This document shows positions 15,301-29,539 of a stretch of DNA of 64,000 bases, piece after piece. Position 1 is the first letter of the stretch. Each line of letters begins with the position of its first letter. The stretch covers positions 2,356,001-2,420,000 of the forward strand of contig CM022669.1 of the NCBI GenBank assembly GCA_012295275.1. The letters run 5' to 3'. The position numbers and the translations under genes are program-made. Source of the stretch: Chrysomallon squamiferum. Taxonomy: Eukaryota; Animalia; Mollusca. The notes under the pieces were generated by a model. That model did not search any database. It worked only from the letters and a program-made list of their open reading frames with translations, and was not told the origin of the DNA.

Positions 15301-18300
15301 GCAAATAAGGAAATATTGTTTTTTATAGAGACAGATCAAGTTTTTGCAGTTATATGGTAAAATAAAAAAAAGCAGTAACAACAAACAATCAGAGCCAAAC
15401 AACAACAACAACAAAAAAAAATCCTTTAACATGTTATAGTATTAAACACAACCATATAATTATTTTCTGGTTTCTGTATTCCATAAATGGCAACCAGAAA
15501 TCAGAAAAAATATTCTTGAGTTAAATAAAAACAACTAAACTTTCATTTAATTTAAAAAGATTTACCTTCTGAGCAGAACGGATTTCTTGTTTGCTTCTGC
15601 GAGCCAGTGGACTATTTGGGTACACAACCAGCTTGCCAGTCAGAGATGCTGTTGATGGCTGCTTTGTCAGAAACAGTTCTGGTTTTAGCGGTGGAAATCC
15701 ATTGTAACTGAAGGAAGAAAAAAAAAAAAAAAAATAAGTTTCTAATGTATTAAATAATATTTATTTTTTTATTAAAAACAAATTAAGATTTTAAAAGAAA
15801 AAATATAAAAACATATGCAGATATGTAATGTATCATTATTGAATTTAAAAAATATTAATTTACAAAATTTGTTACATATACAATAAATTTTTATTTTTCA
15901 TTAAAAATATAAAAGACTCATTAAATAAGATCAGTTTAAACATCACATTTAGCTATTTGTGAGTAAGCTTATGGTAAAGAATACAACCACTAACCTGTAT
16001 TCAACTCCTTGTGGCAGGCCTGTTGACTCTGGTGGTGTGATAAACACAGTCCTTTCACTAATAAATATTAATAATAATAATAATCATAATAAGAAAAACA
16101 AGACAAAAAGTTAAAAAAAAAAAACCCTTAAATATTCATATATAAAGAAGGCTAATACTAATTAAACTTACACAACAGAAAATAGAGAAGGAACCTCTAT
16201 TAATATCTCCACACCATCTATACAGATTATTAATTGAGTGTACACTGAATGATACTGTTCAATAAAATAATTATTTGGGAAGGAACACTGAGTGAAATGT
16301 GAACAGTGGTAACATTTGCAAATTATTTCCTTTTTGTTAACAAAATAAAAAGGAAATTAGGAATGATTCACCTTTGTATATATTTTTTTTTTTCTTACTA
16401 TCCTTTTAGTTAAAAGAGAGAAAAATAGAAAAACAATTTCATAAAATATTTAAGGTGTTACATCAACCAATTTATAACAAAATATCTGATATTCATCTGC
16501 ACAGAATATATATTTAAGTATGACAATATCTACCTGGCATGACTGTGCTCCAAGTCAATTAATTTGGGTTCATCTCTAGTTTCATCAACCTGGGGACAAA
16601 TTTTTTTATTTTAATTACACAAACAACATCATCTACAAATCATAATCTTTGTAATAACTGGTTATCTATGCAGCAACATACCAAGAACTATCTTGTTTAT
16701 TATCTTTGAAATACAATAAATATACCAATACAAATTTAAGTATTACCTCTGAATTATACAAAGTTCAAGATATTTTTTTATTATTTTCTTTTTCAGTTAA
16801 ATATTAAATTTCACATTTCCAGAATAAAACTAACATTTAAGGATTCCTTTATAGAAAAAAAACCTGTCAGAATAATAAATGAACCAAAATTAAAAAACAA
16901 AAAGACAACAAAAAAAAATCTTTTATTATAATAATAATAAAAATAAATAAATAAATCATGAAAAAGGCAAAATCTTTTATCATGGGTGTATGCATTTATG
17001 CTGTTGTATTTTATAACTGTTTTTCAGACCAAACATTTAACTGGCAACAGTGTCCTACACAGTTTTATATATACCTTTTCTGTACATTCATCAAAAAATG
17101 CAAGGCTTGCATCTTTGTCAGAAACAAAGGACCTCTCCTCAATGAATCGGAAGAACATCTGTGTTTTCATCAACTGATTGAAAAATTTTGCATATGCCTT
17201 GTCCCGACTCTTAAGAAAATCTGAAAATTAATTAATAACTTATATCAAAACATGTTAAAAACAAATCAATAACCAACAATTACATGTGAATAAATAAATA
17301 TTGCCAATATTACTAATATTCATATAATTCATATTCAAAGAATTTTTCTTTATTTTGTAACCATATATATTAATTCAATGTTTCAAGACTGTATTTGTTA
17401 TATAAAATAATTTAAAGTAGAATCTTTTTTTTTTGTCTTTTAAAATGAAAGGTTTATTTAATAGATTTTTTTTTTTTTTGATGAGCATCTATGTAGATTA
17501 CAGTAACTGACAAAGAGTTTCTAATTCTTAACAAAGATTTAATGTTTGTTCTAATTTATCTGCATTATAAAGAGGGACAGATTAAAAATTAAACTGTACT
17601 CAAATCTACATACTTTGCATATCAAAGAGAACTGATGCATCAGTAGCTCTCACAGTTGGTCGTTTAAGAATAGGATTCAAGTAATTCTTATAACCTTTCA
17701 GCAAACTGGCACTAAACCGCAGAAATGTCTCCTGAATCTCTAGTTCTAGCTTCATCTGAAAACCATATTAAAAATAAATTAAAATAAATAAGGAAGGTTT
17801 ACACAGAGTTATATATATATATATATTTATATATAAAAGCAATCCATTAGACATTTAAAAATCTTTTTTCTTTTCCATTTTTGACTTTTAAAATCATTAA
17901 AATAAAACATGTTTTTTTTGTTCTGTATCGAGGTTGACAGATGATATATTCTAAATAACTGTTATACTACAATCATGCTTTATAAACTGTCAATATTATA
18001 TGTGAATTCAGTTAGACACAAATAAATTTATTGTTGAAATTATTGACAGTGACCTCTCTGTTCTTCCTCTTGAAGTCAAAGTCAATGGGAGCTAACTCCA
18101 GTGATATCTCATCAGTTGTGTGTGCCTGGTCAGGCTGGTGGACCAAACTGTCAAACAAACGATGCAGAGACTCAAGCAGAACACGAGCAGGTTTCTAAAA
18201 CATAAAACATTTAGTAAGATGAATAACAAATACTATTATCACTACTAAAATACCCCCATAAATAATTTTATTTTAGCACAAAACTGCCCAAACTACTTTC

Positions 18301-18668
18301 AGAAGTTTTAAATAGTTAATCTTTTATTAATTACAGTTAATAACAACAGATAAAATAACAAATACAAATGAACTATGCTGATGTTTAAATCAATCCAAAA
18401 GTTTAAAAAAAAAAATGAATTATATGTCCTTACTTTTGGCAACATCTTGTAACTGAGAATTTTCTTTTCTTCAGGTCTAAAAATAAATTGTCAAAAAACG
18501 GAACTGATGAATACTGAATTTTAAAATAATTATTTCTGTTAAGTAAATTCAACATATTTATCATTTGCTAATGTCTTTCTTAGCAAATCATGGAATACCA
18601 ATTATAAATATTTTCGTATCTGCATAGTTTTTTACTTTGATATCCAAGCACTTTTTTGTACTAAAAAC

Positions 18669-18705
<37 letters not shown>

Positions 18706-19470
18706 TAATAATAATTTGACAGATTCTGTAATATTACATACATCTACAAAGTTTTTAAAAACAAAATTATTTTATATTATATTACTATGTAGCACATTTT
18801 AAATTAAAAAAAAAGGCTCATTCCCAAAGATATGAAATAAAGGTTAATGTCCTGTGACAGACCAGAATCAAAAACAGTCCTGTAGTGTATTGAGAAGTAC
18901 TGATCCTCCAAACCACCATGCCTTAGAAAATGAGCTTTTATACTGTTATTTAAATGTTCAAACAATAAATAACTCACAGGCAAATTCTATTGGTATCCAG
19001 GTCAACACAGATTACATCAGAAGGAGGGTCGTACAAATCAAAGTAGCGGGAGTCAATACCTAATATTACAAAACAAACACATAAATAAACAAACATGTTA
19101 TTACAATATGTTTTCTATGTTACACTGTCAGTGAAGATTTATGTTAGCCTCACTGTTAAGAACAAAGTTTAATTTTACAAAGTGATGATTTTTGCTTCCA
19201 GTAATATGGATATCCATCCATTTCTCAACTAGGTGTAAAATTAAAAGAATCATTTCTGGTCAGTAAATTCAGTATATTTTATATTTATCATTTGCTAATG
19301 TCTTTCTTAACACATCATAGAATATCAATTATAAATATTTTCATATCTGGATACTCTTACACTTTGACATCTGAAAGCCTCGTAACAATAATAATAAGAA
19401 GAAGAAGAAGCACAAGAAGAAGCACAAGAAGAAGAAGAAGAAGAAGAAGAAGAAGAAGAAGAAGAAGAAG

Positions 19471-19569
<99 letters not shown>

Positions 19570-22500
19570 TTGACAGATTCTCTTAACAGAAAATATACTA
19601 TTTAATTTTTTTTGTTTAAAGATTAGCTGTGACAATCACTGATTTATATTGCCAATCAAATCACTAATTTATACATAAGAATACATAATTTATTTCTGCA
19701 ACAGAACCAAGGCTGTTCTATATTAGTTCAAGGACAAAAATATATATTGTTTAAACAATATTAGGCTAATTACATACCAACAATGAATGGAAATGGAGCA
19801 CTGAGGACACCTGACAGGGAGAGAGGACACAGTGGAATATAGGGACACTGCCAGTGGAATGGGAAAATCATCTGAAAATGTAAAATACAAAACTCATATA
19901 AATACTACATTCACTCCTAAAATTAATAACATATAAACTTGAAATATAAACCATAGACATGCTCCAAGTATCTTAAAAATATGTCTCTGATATAAAAAGC
20001 TATAAGCACTTTATTTAAGTCAGATTTTAGTTTTAGAAAAGGCTGTGTTGAAGCCTCACAGATAAAACACAATCATTTTGTGTACAGGTACACAATAATT
20101 TGTTACACTCTTTGTCTACTGCAGAAATGAAATGTAATGTTAATTAGTATTCAAAATTAATTCTTTACTTTAAATGTTTGAATTATGATGCAAGTTTTAG
20201 AAAATAAAAATGAATAAATAAATAGAAGAATAAAGATCTGCTGTAGTACTGGGCTTAGACCATTTATTTTTCTAAAGCTAAAATAAAATGTCATTTTATT
20301 TTTTTAAATTACCGTGGTAACTGCTTCAGCAACACCAGTAAGAACAGCAGGACGCAGAGAATGGATAAGAATCTTGCACTCCAACAGAATGTACAACAAC
20401 ATACTTAGGCAGTTTTCAGGGCCAACATTTTTCAACAAAGTGATGAATGAGGCGCCACTACAATATATCAGAAAATGTTAATATTTTTAACTTTCTGTGA
20501 AAATAAAAGCATATTGGGATTAAGTTTTATGTATGATAAAATATGACTTAAATTAATACTCAGAAAAGTTACTTTGATTATTAGATATACTTCACAGTTT
20601 AAATTAAATGTTTCTCAGCAATTAACTACACAATTATTAACAAACAAAGGTATTTTTCTTAATGAGAATTTAATTTACCTTTGTGGAAGTGGTGAATCTT
20701 CTGGCATACAAAGAGAGAGGGCTTCATGATTAAGCTGAAAAAATAATATAAAATAAATAAACAAAATCAAATTCTTCAAACCAAAAACTTAGATTTTCAA
20801 TGATACTGACTGCTGAACATAGTATTTCTGAATCTGAACAAAAATTTGCTATAAATGTTTCTCTATTTCTGTAAACAGCTAAATGTTCAAGTGAAAAGAG
20901 ATTGTTTTGTATCTAGTGACATGGTTCAACATACCTGAACAAGGATTCTTGGTCTCTGGGGAGATGGATAAGGAACATTATACATGAAGTGAGAGATATG
21001 TCTGTAAAGAAAATTGTGAAGAATTTAATTAAATTTTAAACTTTAACCTTCTGTCACAAAGGGAAAAAGATCAACTTTATTTACCTCTTTATTATTATTT
21101 TGTTTAGAAAACATGTGCAATACACATGCACATACCCACACCCACCCATGGAATTGAATTTTAGGAATTGTCAATGTTTTATAAGTTAATAATTTTACCT
21201 TATTTTATAAGACATGTCTAGTTGTTTATAAAACTGACAAATTAAACATACCTCTCAAGAGGGACTGAATGCGGACCAGTAATGGATATTTTGTATAAGT
21301 AGGACAGGAACTTTTTGAAGGCATCAAAAAATGGCCAGTGAGAGAGCAGACAGATGGACTTGTTGGAATGGACAGTTTTTGAAACACGGTACTGCTCTCG
21401 AATGTGTCTGTTCTTCAGTCCAAGGTATCGCAACTGAAGATCTGAGAGACTGGCTTCAGAGTATTCTTCATAGAATGTCACTGCAGCACCATACACCTGG
21501 CAAAAAACAACATTAGTATCTTTGTGGAAAATATCACTATGGTCAAAAAAGTTTACAAAATCAAAATATTTTCATCTACCTCCCATATTTCAATTAGAAA
21601 AATAACTCACAACATCAAATAAATTAAATAATATCTATAAAAGAAAAAAGTTTCAAAAATTATACTGTTGTGCTGATCTAGTGCCTTGTGTTTATCATTT
21701 CTTTTATGATAATTTCAGTAATTTCATTAATCTCTGTCATGCTAGAACAACAGAATTTATAATCTAGTTTGTGTATGTTTAAAATTAACAAAATGCAACT
21801 ATTAAATCTTTTACCTTGGCACTCTGTCCAGTCAAAATGAAAGTAGAGAACACAGGAAGGGGATGCTGAGCTTTGGCTGACCAGCACTCTACAGTGGCTC
21901 CCATTGGTAGAGCAAACATTGCAACTGTGTCTGGCATAGGGAAGTGGTCATAATCCTCTTGAGGGTAGCGATCTAGCACTTCTGTACAAACACACAAATG
22001 AAACAATTTAATATAAAGTCCAAAATATGCTTAATTTAATTTTTATAACTCACACTTTGATTTATTTTTTTGAAGTTTTTGTTTTCATTTTTATTAATAT
22101 TTTCTTTATTTCTTAGCTAAATGAGTATGACAATCAATTGTAATTATGCAGTTTGTAAAGGAATTTCTACAATTTTATTGGGTTGAAAAAACTAAATAAA
22201 AAACTTGGAATATTTTTCTCTACAATACCTGTGCATACAAACTTTGATGTAAGTTTAAAACACAGTAACATAATATGAATACCAAAATCACTGAAATGTG
22301 CATTTGTGTATAATACGAACATGCAGTCAATAAATTCTTGATATTTTACCTGGTTTGTAAGCAAGAACATCACACTTGTTCATGGCTTTTTTATAGCAGA
22401 GGAAAACATCAGAACCAACCTACAAGCAAAATATTTTATTTGACAGGAAAAGTATGTGTTGACATTATGTTTTTAATGCACTACACACACTGATAATGCA

Positions 22501-23941
22501 ATAAAAATGTATGTATGTGCATAGTCATAAGATTTATCATACTCATAATTTACTTAAATGCTATTTAGGAGGTTTTGTAAGGTTTAACTTCTCTGGACAT
22601 AAATTATACTTACCGTCTGTGAAGCATGAAGCTACTTTTACTTTAGATATAAAATTAGTTCAGAAATTTTGAACTATTTTCTAAATATAATTAAATTAAT
22701 AATTAGGAATAGCCATGGGATGTGTTATGTACATCATCTATTGTGACTGAACAACGGAATATGAATGTGAAGAAAAATATATATAAACATTTCACTCACA
22801 ACTCCTTTGTTAAGATTTTTACTGATTTTGTTGTATGCTAATGGTGGTTCTTCATTCTGAAAATAAAAAAATAATATCGAAACTAAGAATACTTATTTAA
22901 ATAAATTAATTAAAAATAAATTAACACCTTAAGACTCAGGAAAGATTGAAAGTTATTTTCAACGATCAAAAAAAATGGACGTTCCCAGAACATAACAACA
23001 TATTAAATTTATGACATAAGTAAAATAACTGTTGATTATCAAACAGAGACAACTATAAAAAATGTCATGCTACAAATTATAAAGTGGATTCTTAACAAAG
23101 AATGGCTGTTAGACACTTGGCACAAAGCAAGTAGATAAGAAACACTGTTATTTGTTGAATACCTTGTTGGCTAGAATGACACAAATGTCAGTAACTGCCA
23201 GTGTGTCGCTGGATGCTGACTCGAGAGCTCGTCGATATGTGATGTAAATGCGGAAACCACTTCCATTATTGACATTGGCTGGGTGACCAGTTGCTGTAGT
23301 GTGCACCACCTCACAGCCAGGAATCAGTTTCTCCTTCCCTTCATAGAGGACACTAAATAATAATAACAAAATATATTGTAAATATCCCTGTCAACATTTT
23401 AGGTTAAAACCAAACAAACATTTAACAATAAAAAAGTTCTTTTCATAAACCTCTTCTCAAAGAAATGGCAGAATATATCAAACATGACTGATAAAGATAT
23501 TAACTTTTTAAAAAAACAAATGTATTTTTTTTTCTTTGATGTAAACCACAAAGTGATGCATTAATTTTAATAATAATAATAAGTACGTAAACTGAAAACA
23601 AATGAATTACTTTCTTATCTCTTCCATATATAAAAGCTTTCATACCCAATATCTGTGAGAGGTGGTTTGTCTCGACCACGTCGGTAACATATGTACATTT
23701 CATGACATCGAATACTGCCATGATTGAGATCAGCTGGGAAGCCTTGTGGTGTCATTTCAATGCAATGGTAGCCTTTAGGGGTCTTTTCTCCCATGTTTTT
23801 ATTGATGATGGTAATGTCTGTAATAGGGTCCTGCTTAAAAGTGGGTTTGATGGCAGCCTCATTGCTGAACTCTTCTAGAGGCATAGGCTTATCCGATAAA
23901 CCTGCCACCACAAAATAGTCCACAACACGTCTGTCATCCAT
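376..23941 (-). CDS. DENND4: DENN domain-containing protein 4 (DENND4/Crag-like Rab GEF; MABP-uDENN-cDENN-dDENN-PPR-C-terminal domain), 34 coding exons, ~1914 aa
   Basis: Family-typical motifs: [77 protein letters not shown] (PPR), [47 protein letters not shown] exons with consistent phases, in transcription order: 23646-23941, 23163-23352, 22800-22856, 22350-22419, 21815-21981, 21252-21496, 20935-21001, 20679-20734, 20313-20457, 19778-19871, 18978-19059, 18434-18476, 18054-18194, 17614-17755, 17075-17220, 16534-16589, 15995-16057, 15566-15707, 14639-14679, 14133-14277, 13623-13751, 12888-13185, 12023-12172, 11246-11356, 7878-9128, 6956-7172, 6744-6795, 5870-6297, 5139-5289, 4735-4818, 4396-4513, 1473-1530, 854-1026, 376-512 (TGA 376-378). 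Total 5745 nt, divisible by 3. Confidence 0.95.
1725..2027. mobile_element. MITE-like non-autonomous DNA transposon in DENND4 intron 31
   Basis: 24-bp imperfect TIRs: GGGTCATTCTGTATCAAATCACCC (1725) and reverse complement GGGTCATTCCATGTCAAATCGCCC (ending 2027). TA dinucleotides one base outside each end. No credible coding capacity. Confidence 0.75.
3185..3892. mobile_element. Probable transposon-derived insertion (CpG-rich block, one recognisable end)
   Basis: Abrupt CpG excess inside an otherwise CpG-depleted gene. The right end reads TACGAGAGTGTTGAGCGCG on the minus strand. No matching second TIR found; boundaries approximate. Confidence 0.4.
7878..9128 (-). CDS. DENND4: DENND4 large internal exon 25 (Ser-rich, probably disordered region)
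   Basis: 1251-nt phase 1-1 exon inside ORF 7804-9177; acceptor tttcag, donor gtaggt; joins in frame to exons 24 and 26. Confidence 0.9.
9725..11462. repeat. Pair of ~70-bp direct repeats (9725-9794 and 11391-11462) in adjacent introns flanking DENND4 exon 24
   Basis: Shared AAAATATTTCATGTTACTTGTAG.CCTTGCAA.A.AGTCACTCATAA...AGATAAATAA.AATATTTAT. Confidence 0.85.
18542..19581. repeat. Pair of diverged direct repeats (18542-18727 and 19262-19581) in adjacent introns flanking DENND4 exon 11
   Basis: Shared ATTTATCATTTGCTAATGTCTTTCTTA...AATTATAAATATTTTC.TATCTG, then a trinucleotide microsatellite, then AATTTGACAGATTCT. Confidence 0.85.
19387..19568. repeat. Compound microsatellite (AAT)n(AAG)n(AAC)n
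   Basis: Read directly from the sequence. Confidence 0.97.
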
Positions 23942-24000
23942 TTTAAATTATCTGAAAAATAACAATATCTGACTTAATTTACTAGAAAGAAAAAAATTTA

Positions 24001-24050
24001 AAAATAAAATAAAATAAAATAAAATAAAATAAAATAAAATAAAATAAAAT

Positions 24051-24078
<28 letters not shown>
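24001..24078. repeat. (AAAAT)n/(AAAT)n microsatellite
   Basis: Read directly from the sequence. Confidence 0.95.
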
Positions 24079-24081
<3 letters not shown>

Positions 24082-26332
24082 TGAATGAAATCAGTAAAAC
24101 AAAAAATAGTAATAATAATGTAAACTTATCACTGAAGAAATACAGTCAAAAAAAAATGAATTTAAAATATTTTGTATATAAACATCAAGTTAGTCCATTT
24201 ACTAGTAAAATTTATGACATTTTTAAAATTAACATTGGTTAATTACACATTTGAATCTTACACAAATATTCCAGTTATCAGTAAAATATACCAGGTTTAT
24301 TTCTAAAAACAGAAGATAACCTGTTCCTGTATTACAAGTTTAATACTAAAATTAAATTTAATAACTCACTATATATTCTTAATGTGATCAACATACAAGT
24401 GAGTCTGTGTGACTGACTGAGTGAACCCTGTCATTCAGCAACCATTTCAATAAACAGTTATAACTGATTGGCAAGAATCACTCACTCACTCCCCATGCTG
24501 TTTTATAAGTAATTATTTTAGAAAACAATTAACTTATTATTTCTATTTATTCTAAAATTATCAAAAGGCAGTAGTAGTAAGAACAAACTTTCATCTGAAC
24601 AGAAATAATAAATTATTACTTTTACCTATTTAAAAATAATGCAGTATTCCTATGATGCACACTACACATTAACATCTGTTATTGATGGTTTATTCATTTA
24701 GCCTTGAACTTGAATTTACTCAATATATCTGTTAGCATTTATCCTCTTCAAATTTCAAAGTGTATGAATATTTAAATAAAAAAAATTTAAACAAATTATT
24801 ATAACAGAAACTGTAATCTTTATGTAGCTTGTGAGATTAGTAATGTAATGTAACATGAATTACACCAAATCAAGGTAATCCGATAATCATCAAACAATAA
24901 ACTGCTGAGGTCAAACTGTATTCTGTAACTTTCAACAAGAAGCCATTTTAACCTAATTCACTAACTTCATTATTTTGCTTAATTTTGTCTCTATTTTATT
25001 GGTTTGTATTAGATTTTCTTAAATTATTTACTCATCTGATGCTATAGTAAGAAAATTAGAAAATGCCACCAGCGTTAATGGTTTGGTTATGTCACTAGTA
25101 ATCAGTGTATTTGCTCCTGCCTTGTCAATAACAGAATTAATCTTCTTCTTACTATCCAAAAGCAGACAGTTTTGGGAAGAGGGATTATTTTGACAATGAA
25201 CTGGTAGTAAGTCTAATGTGAAGTAAATTTTCACAAACATAGAAACTTCATTAGTATCTGTGGGTGCAGATTTAACTTTTAATATATGATACTTGTTATG
25301 TAAAAAACGTAACTTATCTATGAACAAATAAAACACATTAAAATACATAGTTTTAAAGCAGTGAATACAACAATGATACACAGGATTGACTACTATTAAT
25401 CCTCTGTTACCTTCCTTTACCTCCCACCACATAATGACTAATGACCAAGTGTTTCTTTCTATGTAATTTTAAAGTATTAGGTATCAAGCATTATAATGGG
25501 CTGGTCCTATTTCCCAGAATGAAAACAGTGAAAGGCTGAAGCAAAACAATGACTATTTTACATCTAACAATTTTGTAAAATGCAATAAATCTCTTTTTAA
25601 GAGATAAGAATTTTTCTCCTAACTTCCGCAATATATCTATCATGAACAAAAATGACAGTAAACTATCACAAAATCTAAGTATTATTTATTTTATTGCTAT
25701 TGTTTAATATTGCACATAACTTCATGCAACTGTTGCACACACAAATAACAACGGTCACATATGGTCACTTCCTAAATCAATAAATGAAAACAGAATGTGA
25801 AATAAAAATAATAACAAGTTTCTTTTACAACTCCATGTTTCATTGTGAAAAATAAACCAACAAAAAATCCACACAGCTTTATCTTAGTAAATGTTGCCAG
25901 AGGAAACCATTTTTCTGAATAAACAATACAGTATCATAGTCACCCAGGTTATATATATATATATATACAAAGAAAATCCAAAAACATGTTTTAATAATAC
26001 TTTTACATGCATATGTTTATGTATGTTTATATGGTGTGTGTGTGTGTGTTTCTAAAAACATTTAATATTTACTCTCAGATATATCTAGTTACAACTGTAA
26101 GCTACAAAAAGAAGGAAACACCTCTTAGTGTGTTTTCTTTGTATATGAACAATTTGAACACAAATTCTGATTTCATTAATATTATATAGTATATTCGATA
26201 TTGGTCAATACATGTATCTACAGATAATGCAGAGATTTAAATAAGTAAGTTATGAACTCAATCTGTCTTTTGGAAACTGGTTTTCATACTTTATAAATGT
26301 CTGAAAGGAAGGAATTAATGAGATATAATAAC

Positions 26333-26364
<32 letters not shown>

Positions 26365-26828
26365 TAACAATGATGAACAAACAATAAGATAATTTATAAC
26401 AGAAAACTAAGTATTACAACAGTCTTTGTATAAAAGAATTTCAATGTCATTTACAGTATAACACAAAATAGTACCTAATAGTTAACAGCTATGTTGATGT
26501 TTATAATTACTGTAGAACAATAAATATATTAACATGCCTAAGTGTTGACACACACAGGGAAGTAGAAATAGGAAAAGTCTACACCAGTACTACCTAACAC
26601 ACTGAAGTACTAATCCAACAAATACAGACAAGATTCATTCTACATTCCCATGAAGAAATGTGGACTGCCCACCTATCTGATAACTGATGTAACTTATCTA
26701 TCCTAACAGGATTCCTGGCTGTGAAAATAAACTTTTATAATATACACATTTATTTTTAGCTTTTCTTTGTTTATTTCTTCTTAAGAATATTCCAGGAATA
26801 CAAAGTATGTAGGGTCAGGCCACTATTT

Positions 26829-26832
<4 letters not shown>

Positions 26833-26868
<36 letters not shown>
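26833..26868. repeat. (CA)n microsatellite
   Basis: Read directly from the sequence. Confidence 0.95.
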
Positions 26869-26872
<4 letters not shown>

Positions 26873-29131
26873 TTGTACTTTAACATAATAAACAGACACA
26901 GTTTTATTTCCCATTACTTTAAAGTTTTGAGTACATTGAAAAAAATTACCTTACACTTAAAAGTGACTTATAGTACAGACTCTAGACATGTTTATTATGA
27001 GATTTAAGAACATTGTAATTATTTAGAATATACACTGTGCAGACACAAGATATATTTATTATGAGACAGTTAATTATTTGTCAAGGAAAGTGTTAATGTC
27101 AATGAATTATGTTACACCTTTATTACAGAAATATTTATTCTTTCATCATTTATTTGTCAAAATATTTTCGTTTGATATTGCATTTTTTCATTCCAAATTA
27201 AAAGTAATAGTTACATATAAAATAAAATTTAAATAAGAAAGAATGAGAGAAAGCATCCAAAAAATAAAGAAAAAGAAAAAATAATAACTAAACAAAATCA
27301 AAAAAATTGTTAGGTTAGTAAAATGATTAAAAATTAGTATACAATCAAAATTCACACATGTGCAAACTCTCCCCCCCAACACACATGCATTCACACACTT
27401 GAGAGATGTTAGTATCTTAAACAGAATTAGGCCAGGAAAGAGTTTTAGAACTTCCGCATTTTCAGCTTGTTTACTGAAATCATATTACCACTTACAGTTT
27501 AGTTGTAATATTGTACTGACACACTGATATATATTTATCCTATATGTTTTGCTTTTACTATTAGCCAATCTTGAATATAAAGGATATAATTGAGAATTAT
27601 TATGTATTTGTATGTGTGTGTATATATCTGACAAAGTGTTTCATTATATATTTAAAATAATCATTGTCTACAACAACTACTCACTGAAATAAAGACATAG
27701 ATATAATGTTAATAAACAAATATTTCAAAAATGCAATAACTGGATGACCTGTTGTAAATAATGTTATCAAGAATTTAAATGTTGTAAACCTGTTAAATAA
27801 ATTAATAAATATTTTTTTTAAAATAATAAATTATAAAACTAGAACTTTAAGAGGTAATAGCCAACTGTTCATCGGAGGACCTATAAAATCTGATACGTAC
27901 TGAATATAAAACCGTTTTGAAACTGATGCAACAGGAAGTGGAAAAAAAGTCAACTAAAAAATTATTTTACTATGCATATATGATTAAAGATACTTTTTAA
28001 GAGTAAAACACAACAAAACCAATTAGTAACAGGAATACATTTTAGTTTAGTAGTGAATTCATCATTCAGTATACCAGAGATGGCTGAATGGCACATCTGG
28101 TAAGATGAAAGAATATTTCAAAATACATTTATCAAGATGAACAGAGTTGTTATAATTAAAAAGTAGATGATATGTTCCTATCCATATCTATATTTTACCC
28201 GGACTACATTTTGGAATACCATATATCTTAATAGTCAGCAGGAACTGACACATTCAAAAGCATTAACACAATTCTGGATATTAAATCAGCTGTTTACTGT
28301 GTTTAGGAGGAATGTCATAAAGAGGTCCACAAAGTTTCTGTTGAAATGAACTAGTGTGCACAGTATATATGGAATGTAAAGATCCTTCTGTTTTCTGTAA
28401 TCCCTGCAAACAATGAACCTATGCTCTACTCCATGTTTTATATAAAAGGAGGATATTAAGATTAAAGATGTTGCAAAAATTCATATCTATCTCACTCAAA
28501 GACTTTCATGGAAATAATAGCTTTAATTTTGCTCAGAATTTATATCACTTCACAAAATGCTTTATATCATAGAAACATGCAATGAACATGTAGAAAATAC
28601 TATTGAAAGTAGGGATTTCATCACAGAATACCAGTGAACTGGCTCATTCGGGTTCTGTATTATATACATTCAAAAGTCATCTACTATATTACAGAAACTT
28701 CCTGAAACGTATTTTTTGTTCCTTTATCTTACGAAGTATGCCACAAGGCCACCTCAAACACTAAGAAACGATATTAACCGTAAGTTAAATTGCAATACCT
28801 TTTTACTATTACAGAATGATTATAATCAGTAAATAAATTTATTATTTTCTCAGTTTTTTTAGTGTAAAGTGTTATTAAACAGTTAATATTATACTAATCA
28901 TTACTATTATTATTAACATTTTAAATCTCCTGACCCCGTCAAATAACATTATAAGAAAGAAAACCTGGTACGAAAAAAGTATCATCTGTGAATTCCGTAC
29001 AACTGCTTTTTACCCAGAAATTAATGATTTGTTTTTCTACAGTCACTGAGTCAGAACAGCAATTACAAAATTTCCAACATTTCAGTGGTACAAAATGACA
29101 TTTTTTTCTGTAAATAAAATAAAATAATTAC

Positions 29132-29300
29132 CATATATCAATACTTAAGCAGATTATCCGTCCACAAACATATATCAGCCAAAAGGAATATTTTCCTGGC
29201 AGACAGATAATTACTGGTTAATGCGGGAGATGTTTTGAAATTCTTTCTTCCTGTCCTCCATTTTGAAATCGTATAGCAAATTTGTATTACTACGCTGAAA
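29132..29300 (-). other. DENND4: Probable non-coding first exon (5'UTR) of DENND4
   Basis: The ATG-containing exon has an acceptor 10 nt upstream of the ATG (cag at 23954-23952), so an upstream exon is needed. A donor ATG|GTAATT lies at 29132/29131 in a CpG-containing stretch with a YY1-like CAAAATGG. The 5' boundary is a guess. Confidence 0.45.
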
Positions 29301-29539
29301 TGAACAGCCTAAACAACGGACTATACCATTTGTTTGTAGATAGAAATATAACAGTAACTAGTAAAATATTCATTTGTTCATTTACTGTATCGTATACATA
29401 GTTATTAAAGCTAATACATTTTTGTTTTTAAATATACAAGATGCAGAACTGATGTTTTTTCTCTAGTTGCATACGGTTCTTATATTTAAACAAATGTTAC
29501 TTTTGTCGTACTGGAAAAGAAAAACTGGTACCATACTTT

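Noticed and set aside
19292-19635. Poly-R/T/L/V ORFs, and similar CVCV, ERER, YVCM and NNN/HT ORFs at 38455, 40473, 44064, 45054, 58536 and 63083
   Set aside because: They are translations of microsatellites.
25028-25432. 134-aa ORF in DENND4 intron 1
   Set aside because: AT-rich composition, no recognisable homology and no supporting splice structure.
28073-28101. Small hairpin TACCAGA...TCTGGTA as a pre-miRNA
   Set aside because: The stem is too short and bulged, and it matches no miRNA I recognise.
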